Assembly: GCA_009886115.1 (NCBI GenBank)
Contig: VFJJ01000051.1
Location: forward strand, 62,001 to 126,000
Reading direction: 5' to 3'
Length of the DNA: 64,000 bases
From: Actinomycetota bacterium
GTDB lineage: Bacteria > Actinomycetota > Acidimicrobiia > IMCC26256 > VFJJ01
The position numbers and the translations under genes were made by a program. This document shows, in pieces, positions 37,643 through 47,558 of the stretch; the first letter of the stretch is position 1; each line of letters begins with the position of its first letter. Under the pieces are notes generated by a model, which saw only the letters and a program-made list of their open reading frames with translations, was not told where the DNA came from and ran no database searches.

Positions 37643-39427
37643 ATGCTGGAGTTGGAGGCGCTGCCGACGATCCACGACTCGGTCGGCGGACGATCGCGCA
37701 CGGAGATCGTCACCGAGGTCGTCGCGCGCTGTCGCGACGCCGGGCGCGGCGTGGTGCTGGCCACCTTCGGGCTCGGTGAGGGGCACCTGCTCAGCGACGA
37801 CGAGCGGCGGGAGGTGTGGTCGAGCGCCGTCGCGGCCGCCGGCGGGCGCATCCCGGTGTGGGCCGCAGGCATCGAGTTCGGAGCCACCAGGCGGGTGCTG
37901 GCCCAGTGCCGGACGGCCGTCGCGTGCGGAGTCGACGGCGTGGTCGTCCCCCCGCCCCGGCCGGGCGCCGTCGGAGCCCGGCCCCGCATCGCCGAGATCG
38001 ACGGCTACTACACGACCATCTTCGCCGACCACACCGTCGGCACCATGGCCATCCTGCTCGACGACGCCGCCGAGGCCGGTTGGCCGCTCGACCCTGCGCT
38101 CGTGGCGGCCATCGGGCATCGGGTGCTCACGTTCGACGACGACCCGCTCACCGTGTGGCGCCTGGCCGAGACGGGTGTCGAGGTGTTCGCGGCGTCGCCG
38201 TGCCTGGAGCGCTTCGCCCGGACCGCCGGGCTGGCCGGGTGGGTGCGCGGTTCGACGAGACGCCCGCCCGGCACGAGCGCCGCGGGGTTCGGCGCGGGGT
38301 TCGGCGCGCCCCGCCGTCCCTACCTCGATGCACCCCGGTCCCCAACCCCAGCATCGGAACCGGTCCGAGTCGCGACAGCCCCGGACGTCGCCGCCGACGC
38401 CCCTGTACCTGTTCGAGCCGGGGCGAACACCACGGCCGACGCTGCGACGGCCGCCACTCCCTCGATCCCGCGCCAGGCCCAGGCCCGGGCGCTCATCACC
38501 CGTCACCCCATGGCCGCCATGGCCGTCACCCCGTTCGCCGCCGACGGCGAGCTCGATCGCGATGCGCTCGGCGCCCACGTCGACGCCTTGGCGAGCGCCG
38601 GTGTCGCCGTGTATCTGGGCAGCTTCGGGACGGGCGAGGGCCAGCTCCTCGACGACGACGAGCTCGACGCCCTCTACCGGAGCGGTGTCGAGGCGGCCGC
38701 TGGACGGGTGCCCGTCGTCGCCGCCGGGCTGGGATTCTCCAGTACCGCCATGGTGATCGAGCAGGCGCAGCACGCGGCGGCCTGTGGCGTGACGGCCGTC
38801 CAGATCCACCCGCCCCGACCGGGTGCACGTGGCGTCGCGCTGCGTCCCGATGAGGTCGAGCGCTACTACGACGACGTTCTCGGCGCAGTGCGCTCGCCGG
38901 TGCTGCTCACCAATCAGGTCGCCATGACCGGCTCGCGGCTCGCTCCTGAGCTCGTGGCCAATCTGGTGCACCAGCACGCTCATGTGATCGGGCTCAACAC
39001 GACCGACCCCGATCCTGCGATGCTCGGGCCCATGCTCGCAGCGATCGCCGGCCGTGTTCCGGTGTTCAGCGGGATGCTGGGCCAGCTTCCCCAGCTCCTC
39101 GCCCTCGGAGGTACGGGCGGGCTGTGCTTCGAAGCCAACGTGGTCCCCGACCTGTGCGTCGCGGCCCACCGCGCCTTGACAGAGAACGAAGCGGATCCTG
39201 TGCCGCCGTGGCTCGACCTGCTGCGCATCCACGATGTGCTCATGCGCCATCAGAACCCCCGCTCGGTCAAGGCGGCGCTCGATCTCCTCGGTCGGCCAGG
39301 CGGCGGGCCGCTGCGCCCGCCCTACCTTCGGTCCCCACCCGAGGCCGTGGCCGAGATCGCGGCTGTTCTGGCGGCCGTCGGGCTCCGGAGTGGAGCCCAC
39401 CAGACCAACGACGGAGGATCACCATGA
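37643..39427 (+). CDS. Two-domain DapA/NAL-family TIM-barrel protein lacking the Schiff-base Lys
   Basis: ATG after GGAGG. Two homologous repeats (TFGLGEGHLL...PPRPG and SFGTGEGQLL...PPRPG) are joined by a Pro/Ala/Thr linker; VTPF..DGELD is present in the second. Confidence 0.78.
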   Translation: MLELEALPTIHDSVGGRSRTEIVTEVVARCRDAGRGVVLATFGLGEGHLLSDDERREVWSSAVAAAGGRIPVWAAGIEFGATRRVLAQCRTAVACGVDGVVVPPPRPGAVGARPRIAEIDGYYTTIFADHTVGTMAILLDDAAEAGWPLDPALVAAIGHRVLTFDDDPLTVWRLAETGVEVFAASPCLERFARTAGLAGWVRGSTRRPPGTSAAGFGAGFGAPRRPYLDAPRSPTPASEPVRVATAPDVAADAPVPVRAGANTTADAATAATPSIPRQAQARALITRHPMAAMAVTPFAADGELDRDALGAHVDALASAGVAVYLGSFGTGEGQLLDDDELDALYRSGVEAAAGRVPVVAAGLGFSSTAMVIEQAQHAAACGVTAVQIHPPRPGARGVALRPDEVERYYDDVLGAVRSPVLLTNQVAMTGSRLAPELVANLVHQHAHVIGLNTTDPDPAMLGPMLAAIAGRVPVFSGMLGQLPQLLALGGTGGLCFEANVVPDLCVAAHRALTENEADPVPPWLDLLRIHDVLMRHQNPRSVKAALDLLGRPGGGPLRPPYLRSPPEAVAEIAAVLAAVGLRSGAHQTNDGGSP

Positions 39428-40578
39428 AGCTGCGGACGGCCGCCATCGTCGGCGTCGGCTCCACGGCGTACACCCGTCGCTCGGGCCGGACCGTGCTCGA
39501 CCAGGCGGCCGAGGCGGCACGGAACGCGCTGAGCGATGCCGGCCTGCACCCGTCCGAGGTCGATGGCATCGCCAGCTTCATGCTCATGCACGACTCCGTG
39601 CCCGTCACGGCCGTTGCCACCGTGCTCGGCGTCCCGAGCCTCCGATGGGCGCTCGATCTGCAGCTCGGGGGCCAAGCTCCGTGCCATCTCGTCTGGCAGG
39701 CGGCCATGGCCGTGGCCACCGGGCAGGCCGAGGCCGTGCTGGTCTTCCGGGCCCTCAACGGTCGCTCGGGGGCCCGGGTGGGCACGATGCAGTTCGCCGG
39801 TGCCGGCGCCGCGTACCGCTACCCGATCGGCTACGAGGCGTACCTCATGTACGTCGGGATGTGGGCTGCCCGGTTCCTCCACGAGACCGGTCAGGGCGCC
39901 GACGACCTGGCCGCGGTGGCCGTCGCCCAACGTGCGTATGCACAGCGCAACGAGCGAGCCTTCCGCCGCGAGCCGCTCGATGTCGCGACCTACCTCGCAC
40001 AGCCGATCGTGGCCGAGCCCTACCGGGCCGCCGATTGCACCGTCGAGGTCGACGGCGCCTGTGCCGTGGTGGTGACGACCGTCGAACGAGCGCGTGACCT
40101 CCCGCACCCACCTGCGGTGGTGGCTTCGGGCACCTATCGGGCCGGCTCCCAGCCCGGGCTCGACATCGGCGATCACCTCGCCTGGCGCGACTACTCACGG
40201 AACTACACGTCCTGGCTGCGCGACGAGCTCTTCGCCCGAGCCGGGCTCACCCCCTCCGATATCGAGGTGGCCGAGATCTACGACTGCTTCACCTCCACCG
40301 TGCTCATGGGTCTGGAGGGGTTGGGCCTGTGCGAGCGCGGCGGGAGCGGGGCCTTCGTGCGCAGCGGCGGCACGGCTCTCGACGGGCGCCTGCCCACCAA
40401 CACCCATGGCGGCCTGCTCGCCGAGGGCTACCTGCACGGCATGAACACCGTCGTCGAGGCCGCCCTCCAGGTGCAGGGCCGCGGCGGCGCCCGCCAAGCA
40501 CCCCGCCACGACGTCGCCGTCGTCACCTCGGGCGCCCTCATGGACGGCTCGGCCCTGATCCTCACGAGCGACCGCTGA
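39424..40578 (+). CDS. SCP2/Ltp-type thiolase-fold protein (Ltp2-like aldolase family)
   Basis: AAIVGVG.T, DC..E.DGA.A, AEIYDCFT, NTHGGLLAEGYLHG; ATGA overlap with the upstream gene. Confidence 0.88.
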   Translation: MKLRTAAIVGVGSTAYTRRSGRTVLDQAAEAARNALSDAGLHPSEVDGIASFMLMHDSVPVTAVATVLGVPSLRWALDLQLGGQAPCHLVWQAAMAVATGQAEAVLVFRALNGRSGARVGTMQFAGAGAAYRYPIGYEAYLMYVGMWAARFLHETGQGADDLAAVAVAQRAYAQRNERAFRREPLDVATYLAQPIVAEPYRAADCTVEVDGACAVVVTTVERARDLPHPPAVVASGTYRAGSQPGLDIGDHLAWRDYSRNYTSWLRDELFARAGLTPSDIEVAEIYDCFTSTVLMGLEGLGLCERGGSGAFVRSGGTALDGRLPTNTHGGLLAEGYLHGMNTVVEAALQVQGRGGARQAPRHDVAVVTSGALMDGSALILTSDR

Positions 40579-40580
40579 CG

Positions 40581-40612
40581 CCTGCGCACCTGCGGACCTG
40601 CGGACCTGCGGA
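40581..40612. repeat. Tandem 8-mer (cctgcgga, 4 copies, first imperfect)
   Basis: cctgcgca-cctgcgga-cctgcgga-cctgcgga. Confidence 0.8.
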
Positions 40613-40659
40613 CGCGCCGGACCGGCCAGATCTGATCGCCATCGCTCCGGCCGTGCATA

Positions 40660-40673
40660 CGAACGTCAGTTCG
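40660..40673. promoter_or_regulatory. LexA (SOS) box of Gram-positive/actinobacterial type
   Basis: CGAAC-gtca-GTTCG about 35 bp upstream of the helicase start. Confidence 0.75.
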
Positions 40674-40677
40674 GACC

Positions 40678-40699
40678 TGTCGCAGCGCTGTGTCAAGAT
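40678..40699 (+). promoter_or_regulatory. PafBC/RecA-NDp-like promoter
   Basis: TGTCGC-N10-CAAGAT, 5 nt before GTG-ATG; consensus TGTCGG-N10-TANNNT. Confidence 0.6.
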
Positions 40700-40707
40700 G
40701 TTCGGTG

Positions 40708-43644
40708 ATGGATGGGCGAGCCAACGCGGCACTGGGGCGGGGCGTGGTTGTCGGACCGGGTCAGGCCGCGCCCGACGGGTGGACCGGCGCACCCCGCGTC
40801 ACCATCGACGACCTCACGCTGGAGCGGCCCGAGACGGCACTCGACGAGCTCCAGCGGTGCTGGGGCGAGCGTTGCCCGGTGGTGGTGGAGCTGGCCGTCG
40901 AAGCCGCGGTGCTGCGCCAGCCCGAGGTCGATGGTCGGCCCCCCTACCAGTTGACGCCGACCTTCGAGCTCCAGCGCGAGCGGCTGGCGTTCCTCTCCTC
41001 GGCCAACAACTACGACGGGCGGGGCAGCGCGGGCGGTCGCGACGCCCCCCTGGCGTGGTGGCCCGCCTGGAAGGCCGTCCGGCTCGGAGCGCGGGCCTGC
41101 GCCGCCGACGAGCCTGGCGATGTCGTCCTGACCGACGGCACCGTTGTCTGGTGCGATGGCGGCCCCCGTGGCCCGATCGCCTGGGACCGGGTAGATCCGT
41201 CGCTCCGCCGGCCCATCCTCCACCGCGTCAACCTCGACGACGACTCCCTGCGCCTCGACCGGGCTTCGACCGACACCGACACCACCACAACCACCGCCAG
41301 CGCCAGCGCCAGCGCCAGCGCGCGAGCCTCGAGTGCGCAGGCCGCGCTGGCGCCCGACCAGCTCGAGGCGGTGCTGCACCCGGCGGGCCCAGCGCGCATC
41401 ATCGCCCCGGCCGGGTCGGGCAAGACCACCGTGCTCACGGCCCGGCTGCGCCATCTCGTGCACGACCGCGGATGGGCGCCCGCCCACGTGAGCGCGCTGG
41501 CCTTCAACGTTCGAGCCAAGGACGAGATGCAGTCACGCCTGGGCGATCTGCCCGAGGCCAGCCGCCGCAAGGTCCGCACGCTGCACAGCCTGGGCTGGGA
41601 GATCCTGCGCCGTTCTCGCAACGGTCTGAGCGTGGTCGACGAGCGCGCCGCGCGCAACGTCGTCGACCAGGTCTTCAGCCCCCCGCACCGGGCCAACAAC
41701 GATGCCGCGGCCGCCTACCTCGAGGCCCTGGGCTCGGTGCGCCTCGGCCTCCGCGAGCCGGCCGCGGTCGAGGCCCTGAGCGACGAGCTCGACGGGTTCG
41801 CCGCCGGTTTCGACCGCTACCGACAGATCCTTGCCGAGCAGGGCTGGGTCGATCACGACGAGCAGATCTACGGCGCCATCGAGGTGCTGTTGCGCGATCC
41901 GGCTCTCCGCCGTCAGATCCAGCGCGAGTGCCGCCATCTCCTGGTCGACGAGTTCCAAGATCTCACCCCGGCTCAGCTCCTTCTCGTGCGCCTCGTCGCC
42001 GCTCCGGCCTACGACGTGTTCGGCGTGGGCGACGACGATCAGGTGATCTACGGCTACGCCGGCGCCGACCCGGCGTTCCTCGTCCGGTACGGCGAGTACT
42101 TCCCCGGTGCCGACAGCCATCCGCTGCAGGTGAACTACCGCTGCCCGCCGCCGGTGGTGGCCGCGGCCGTCAACCTGCTCAGCCACAACCTCACGCGTGT
42201 GCACAAGCACATCCGCGCCGGCGCGCCGGAGCCCGACGGGTCGGCGGAACCGGGGCGTCCGCCGCTACAGGTGGAGCGACGGGCCCCGGCCGAGCTGGCG
42301 CCGGCGGCCGTCGACCGGGTCGCGGCCTGGATCGCCGAAGGTGTCGACCCTGGCGAGATCGCCGTGCTCACCCGGGTCCGTTCGTGGATGCTCCCGGCGT
42401 ACGTGCTCATGGTCGATCGGGCGATACCCGTGCGGGCCAAGGGATTGCACGAGTCGATCCTCGAGCGGACGGGAGTGCGGGCCGTGTTCGCGTACCTGCG
42501 CATCACCACGGCCATCACGGCCGGGGCGCGCTTCACCGGACGCGACGTGTCCGACACGATCCGACGACCGCCCCGACGGATCAGCCGACCGATCACCGAG
42601 CGCGTCACCCGTCGATCGTGGACCCGCGGAGCCCTGGCCTCAGAGGCCGACGGCCTCACCGGAGCCGACGGACCTCGGCTCACCGACTACGTCGCCGATC
42701 TCGATCTGCTCGTCGGACTGGCCCGGCGGGGAGGCGACGCCGCCACCCTCATCACCGCCATCCGCGACGACATCGGCCTCGGTCGGGTGCTCTCCACGCT
42801 CGACCTCTCGGGTAAGGGAACCGACGCCAGCCATCTCGACGATCTCAACGCCCTGTTGGCGATCGCGGCCGTCGAGCCCGATCCCGCGGCCCTCGAAGCC
42901 CACGTGCGTGCCTCCCTGCGCCCGTTGGGCGAGACCTCACGCGACGGCGCCGTCGATCCCGACGAGCGCGCCGTCACGCTGTCGACGGTGCACACGGTCA
43001 AGGGCATGGAGTGGGACAAGGTCATCGTCCTCGGCGCCCACGACGGGCTGCTGCCCCACGCGCTCACCGACGACATCGAGGAGGAACGCCGCATCTTCCA
43101 CGTCGCCATCACCCGCTGCCGGAGCGAGGTCCTCGTGCTGGCCGACAGCGAATCGCCCGCGCCGTTCCTCAGCGAGCTGGTCCACGCCCACGATCCGGCA
43201 TCGGCCACTCCCCCGCCGACGCGGCTCTCGGCCCGGGCGCAGAGCCCCAAGGACGCTCCCCGGGCCAAGGGTCGACGCGCCAACGTGCCGACGGGTGCAG
43301 TCGCGGCCTACCTGGCCGGCCGGGACCCCGTCGCCGACCAGATCTGGGACGCGCTGCGTGCCTGGCGGAGCTCGACCGCGGCGCGCCTCAAGCGACCGGC
43401 GTACACCGTGTTGCAGGACAAGAGCCTCGACGAGATCGCGGCGAAGCGTCCAGCCACGCTCGACGCGCTGGCCCGGTGCTACGGCATCGGCTCGTCGAAG
43501 CTCGAGAACTTCGGCGACGAGATCCTCGCCGTGGTCGCCGAAGCCGCCGACGCAGCGGTCACAGCGGTCACAGCGGTCACAGTCGACACCGGCGTGGGCG
43601 CGAAGGGCGAGGAAACAGCGCAAGCCGCGGAGACCGAGTCGTGA
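40708..43644 (+). CDS. UvrD/Rep SF1 helicase with extra N-terminal domain and C-terminal HRDC (UvrD2-like)
   Basis: [60 protein letters not shown]...PAY.V..DK.L..IA..RP. Confidence 0.92.
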   Translation: MDGRANAALGRGVVVGPGQAAPDGWTGAPRVTIDDLTLERPETALDELQRCWGERCPVVVELAVEAAVLRQPEVDGRPPYQLTPTFELQRERLAFLSSANNYDGRGSAGGRDAPLAWWPAWKAVRLGARACAADEPGDVVLTDGTVVWCDGGPRGPIAWDRVDPSLRRPILHRVNLDDDSLRLDRASTDTDTTTTTASASASASARASSAQAALAPDQLEAVLHPAGPARIIAPAGSGKTTVLTARLRHLVHDRGWAPAHVSALAFNVRAKDEMQSRLGDLPEASRRKVRTLHSLGWEILRRSRNGLSVVDERAARNVVDQVFSPPHRANNDAAAAYLEALGSVRLGLREPAAVEALSDELDGFAAGFDRYRQILAEQGWVDHDEQIYGAIEVLLRDPALRRQIQRECRHLLVDEFQDLTPAQLLLVRLVAAPAYDVFGVGDDDQVIYGYAGADPAFLVRYGEYFPGADSHPLQVNYRCPPPVVAAAVNLLSHNLTRVHKHIRAGAPEPDGSAEPGRPPLQVERRAPAELAPAAVDRVAAWIAEGVDPGEIAVLTRVRSWMLPAYVLMVDRAIPVRAKGLHESILERTGVRAVFAYLRITTAITAGARFTGRDVSDTIRRPPRRISRPITERVTRRSWTRGALASEADGLTGADGPRLTDYVADLDLLVGLARRGGDAATLITAIRDDIGLGRVLSTLDLSGKGTDASHLDDLNALLAIAAVEPDPAALEAHVRASLRPLGETSRDGAVDPDERAVTLSTVHTVKGMEWDKVIVLGAHDGLLPHALTDDIEEERRIFHVAITRCRSEVLVLADSESPAPFLSELVHAHDPASATPPPTRLSARAQSPKDAPRAKGRRANVPTGAVAAYLAGRDPVADQIWDALRAWRSSTAARLKRPAYTVLQDKSLDEIAAKRPATLDALARCYGIGSSKLENFGDEILAVVAEAADAAVTAVTAVTVDTGVGAKGEETAQAAETES

Positions 43645-45212
43645 TGCTGCTGACCACGATCGCCGAGACCTCCGAGGCCGTGGCCGGGGTGTCGGCCCGC
43701 CGAGCCAAGATCGCGCAGCTCGCCGCGCTGCTCGGTCGCACCCGTCCCGGCGAAGCCGCGGTCGCCGTGGCGTGGCTGTCGGGCGAGCTGCGCCAACGTC
43801 AGATCGGGGTGGGCTGGGCCGCGCTGCGCGACGTGTCCGAGCCCGCGGCGCCGGTGCCGGGCCTGACGGTGCTCGGCGTCGACGAGCGCTTGGCGGCGAT
43901 CGGGCGGTGCGGGGGCCCGGGCAGCCAGGCCGAGCGACGCTCGTTGCTGAGCGACCTGTTCGGCCGCGCCACCGAGCTCGAGCAGCGATTCCTGGCGCGG
44001 CTGCTCGGCGGTGAGCTCCGCCAGGGCGCTCAAGAGGGTGTGATGGTCGAGGCCGTCGCCCGGGCGGCACAGCGGCCAGCTGGCGAGGTGCGCAGGGCGA
44101 ACATGGTCCACGGCGACGCGGGTGCCGTGGCCGAAGCCGCACTGTTCGGAGGGCCCGACGCGCTGGCGGCGTTCCGGCTCCGGGTCGGGCGGGCCGTCGT
44201 GCCCATGCTGGCTCAGAGCGCCGCCGATGTCGACGATGCCCAGGCCCGTCTCGGCCTCGGCACCGCCGCGGCCTTCGAATGGAAGCTCGACGGTGCCCGG
44301 ATCCAGGTGCATCGTGACGGCTCCGATGTCGCCGTGTTCACCCGCAGCCTCGACGACGTGACCACACGCGTCCCCGAGATCGTCGAGCAGGTGCTCGCCC
44401 TGGCCGTGCCGCGCCTCATCCTCGACGGAGAGGTGATGGCCTACCGGCCCGACGGACGCCCGCAGCCGTTCCAGGTGACCATGAGCCGTTTTGGCACTCG
44501 GGCCGGACGGGCGTCGGTACCGACCGGGACCGGGCCGATCGGGGCGCGTGACCGGACGGCCGTCGAGCTGCACCCGCACTTCTTCGACGTGCTCCACAGC
44601 GACGGACTCGACCTCATCGACGAACCGTTGGAACGCCGCGTCGCCATGCTCGACTCGATCGTGCCCGCTGCGGCCCTCGTCCCCCGGCTGATCACCGCCG
44701 ATTCGGCCGCGGCGCACGCCTTCCTCGCCGAGGCCGTGTCGCGGGGTCACGAAGGCGTCATGGCCAAGGCCCTCGACACGCCGTACGAGGCGGGCCGGCG
44801 AGGCGCCGGCTGGCTCAAGGTGAAGCCCGTCCACACCCTCGATCTCGTGGTCCTCGCCGTCGAGTGGGGCAGCGGGCGCCGGCAGGGCTGGCTGTCGAAC
44901 CTGCACCTCGGCGCGGCCGACCCGGCCAACGGGGGTTTCGTCATGCTGGGCAAGACCTTCAAGGGCCTCACCGACGCCATGCTGGCCTGGCAGACCGAGC
45001 ACCTGCGCGGCCTCGAGATCGCCCGCGACGAGCGGACGGTCCACGTTCGGCCCGAGCTCGTGGTCGAGATCGCCTTCGACGGGCTCCAGGCCAGCTCCCG
45101 CTACCCCGGCGGTCTGGCCCTGCGCTTCGCCCGGGTCAAGGCGCATCGACCGGAGCTCGACGTGAGCCGGGTCGCCACCATCGATCAGGTAAGAGCGCTG
45201 GCCATTCCCTGA
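43644..45212 (+). CDS. ligB: ATP-dependent DNA ligase (LigB type)
   Basis: [35 protein letters not shown]. Confidence 0.92.
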   Translation: MLLTTIAETSEAVAGVSARRAKIAQLAALLGRTRPGEAAVAVAWLSGELRQRQIGVGWAALRDVSEPAAPVPGLTVLGVDERLAAIGRCGGPGSQAERRSLLSDLFGRATELEQRFLARLLGGELRQGAQEGVMVEAVARAAQRPAGEVRRANMVHGDAGAVAEAALFGGPDALAAFRLRVGRAVVPMLAQSAADVDDAQARLGLGTAAAFEWKLDGARIQVHRDGSDVAVFTRSLDDVTTRVPEIVEQVLALAVPRLILDGEVMAYRPDGRPQPFQVTMSRFGTRAGRASVPTGTGPIGARDRTAVELHPHFFDVLHSDGLDLIDEPLERRVAMLDSIVPAAALVPRLITADSAAAHAFLAEAVSRGHEGVMAKALDTPYEAGRRGAGWLKVKPVHTLDLVVLAVEWGSGRRQGWLSNLHLGAADPANGGFVMLGKTFKGLTDAMLAWQTEHLRGLEIARDERTVHVRPELVVEIAFDGLQASSRYPGGLALRFARVKAHRPELDVSRVATIDQVRALAIP

Positions 45213-45309
45213 CCGAGCTGACATCCCCGAGCCCATCCCCCAACCATCAGGCCCTGATCCCCCCGGGCCCTCCCGGCCGGTCCTCCCACAGGGCCCCACG
45301 CGATCGTGG

Positions 45310-45650
45310 TCTCGGCGAGAACGGTGGGTGGCGGCCTGCGCTGCGCCGGGTCGCGCGCCCGACCGTGCCCGACGGGATGGACGTGGCGCAACGTCTCGGG
45401 TATGTACTGCCCGAGGACGGCGCGCCGCCGACCCCGCTCGATGCGCGAGATCGTGGCGTGAACGCCGACACGGTGTCACGGGAGCGGCGTAGATCTCGTG
45501 TGGGTGGAGCCACTTGATCTGACGAGTGCTCACGCGGCAAGGCCGAGCCTGGCCGTGATGGCGGCGATACCGAAGTCGGCGAGCTTGGCCTGGCCGAACC
45601 GGTCGATGAGGCTGTTCTCAGGGTCCCGCCCACCGACGTGATCCCGACGA
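45310..45650 (-). pseudogene. Ser/Thr protein kinase remnant (subdomains VIb-IX)
   Basis: DPENSLIDRFGQAKLADFGIAAI, then a stop; YAAP in a shifted frame near 45485 and GRHPPF near 45330. Confidence 0.6.
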
Positions 45651-45776
45651 TGTCGGTCGAGACGCCGTAGGCCGCCTCCCGTTCGTCCCGCCGTTCGGCA
45701 GCCCACCCGATGACCATGCTGCCACACCCGGACGTCGGGCCGGGCCGCTCGGCCCGCGCGCCAACGGCGGGCGTGC

Positions 45777-47069
45777 TCAGGCGGCGGTGTGATGGGTGCG
45801 TGGCCGTGTGGATGGTGACCCGGTGAGTCCGGTGAGCCAGTTCCGGGTGTGCTCGGAGAGCATGTCGGGTTCTGATCGTGGAATGTGGATGTGCCCGTCT
45901 GGTCGTGTGAGCGTGACCGTGTCGGTGTCGACATGGTAGGTGAGCTGCCATCGCCCTTCGTGGACCAGATGATGATGATGCCAGCAGAGACTCACCAGAT
46001 TCTCCGGCTCGGTGAACCCGTCATATGCCCAATGGGTCACATGGTGATGCTCCAACCAGACCGTCCGGTCACACCGGGGCCAACGGCACCGGAACCGGTC
46101 ACGACGGTTCACGATCCGGGCCATCCACGGCGGGACCCGCCTGGATTCCCGGCCGATCCCGACAGTGCGACCGGACGGATCGTCGGCGATCATCTGCCAA
46201 CGGCAGTCACACGCCAGGCGCCGGGCCGTCTCATCGGCGATCGCCCAACCATTCCCGATCGTCGCCGGCTCGACCGGGACCCGGGAGGGCTCGCTCCGGC
46301 TCGGACCGGTCGGCTGGCCACCCTCACCATCAACCGGCACATCAGCTTCAGAATCGCTGGCGAGCCGTTCGACCGGGACATGCACAACCACCAAAGGCCG
46401 GGCCGGCTGTTGAGCGAGGAGCTGCGGTTCGCCGGCACACAGGTTCACGAGCGCATCAGCCAGCCGGGCCCCACGCCTGACCGGTTCAGCATCAGGGAGC
46501 CTGCCTTCCTCGGGGAGCAGTTCGGCGAGCCGGTTGAGCGCCCCGTGGACGATCTCGGCCTGCTCACCTGAGAGCCGACCCCGGATCCGCAACGTAGCGC
46601 CAGGCTCGCGGATCAACTGCAGGTACCGTTGCCGGTGCTGTTCGACCTCGTCTTTCGCCGTGACCGGTTTGAGGGCCCTGGCGTTGACCATCGTCGCGTG
46701 ATACGTCCAACCGGGCGCCTGGGCAGCCAGCTCGGCATCGGTGTCGGATGTGGCAACGGCGGCGAGGACGACCAGTTGATCCCACGAGATCCGCCCCTCG
46801 GCGAACGCCTCCATCAGCGCCGGGATCTGCGGGGCCTTGACGGCGACCTCGACGACGCGTCGTGCCGTCGTCAACGACAGGTTGACCTGGGCGGCGAGCC
46901 AGGATGCCGGGTCGCGCATGCCGTCGACAAGATGGCCTTGCCGTTCGATGAACGCGGCCATGACGTCGAGCAGCTCGGCGTACACGGCGTTCGTGAGTGC
47001 GTAGAGCTGACCGATCGTGCCGGCCAGGTCGTCGAGCTCACAGTCACGATACCGATCCGCTTCCATCAC
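45777..47069 (-). CDS. DUF222-HNH endonuclease protein (13E12 repeat-like), copy 1
   Basis: ETARRLACD, GRESR.VP, RD..CRWP.C, HHVTHW, ENL..LCWHHH..VH. Confidence 0.9.
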   Translation of the reverse strand: MMEADRYRDCELDDLAGTIGQLYALTNAVYAELLDVMAAFIERQGHLVDGMRDPASWLAAQVNLSLTTARRVVEVAVKAPQIPALMEAFAEGRISWDQLVVLAAVATSDTDAELAAQAPGWTYHATMVNARALKPVTAKDEVEQHRQRYLQLIREPGATLRIRGRLSGEQAEIVHGALNRLAELLPEEGRLPDAEPVRRGARLADALVNLCAGEPQLLAQQPARPLVVVHVPVERLASDSEADVPVDGEGGQPTGPSRSEPSRVPVEPATIGNGWAIADETARRLACDCRWQMIADDPSGRTVGIGRESRRVPPWMARIVNRRDRFRCRWPRCDRTVWLEHHHVTHWAYDGFTEPENLVSLCWHHHHLVHEGRWQLTYHVDTDTVTLTRPDGHIHIPRSEPDMLSEHTRNWLTGLTGSPSTRPRTHHTAA

Positions 47070-47074
47070 GGTTC

Positions 47075-47096
47075 ATGGTACCAGATGGGTATGACA
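47075..47096 (-). promoter_or_regulatory. PafBC/RecA-NDp-like leaderless promoter of HNH copy 1
   Basis: Minus strand TGTCAT-ACCCATCTGG-TACCAT, 5 nt before GTG-ATG. Confidence 0.7.
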
Positions 47097-47558
47097 GCAA
47101 CCCCAGAATACCGCCAGATTACGGGAAAGAATTCTTGGCAGATCATTGATACTAGAGACCGAGATGGCGACCCGCCGGTCGTGACGACGCCCCACAGTTG
47201 GAGCGAGTGGAGGGTGGAGTTACGGCATCCGATACATCCGATTACCGATCTCCGCCCAGTCGCGCCACCAGCGGCAGGGATCCCCCGGAAGGACGCTCAG
47301 GAGCCGGCTCCACCGAGCGCCCCCGGTTCTCGATCGCTCAAGTGCCCGGCTCGACCGGCGAAAGGGCACCCGCGCGCCGCCGGTCGAGCCGAGCTCGGGT
47401 TCCAAGCGCACCAGCACCTCATGGCTGCCGTTGCGGACCCTGCCCACCAGTTCGTTCATGGAGCGGGTGCGGACAGCCACTCGCTCAGACCCTCCCCCAA
47501 CCCCCAATCCCCCTGCTCGTACCGGGACCAGTTCGGGTCCCAGTTCGATGAGCGACGA

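Noticed and set aside
35816..39427. Two overlapping ~1190-aa ORFs on opposite strands
   Set aside because: Each is a real gene (ligase up to 37546, DapA-like from 37643) extended by the antisense frame of the other.
47220..47507. 95-aa minus-strand ORF between HNH copy 1 and the glycosyltransferase
   Set aside because: No recognisable motif or RBS; cannot be supported as a gene.
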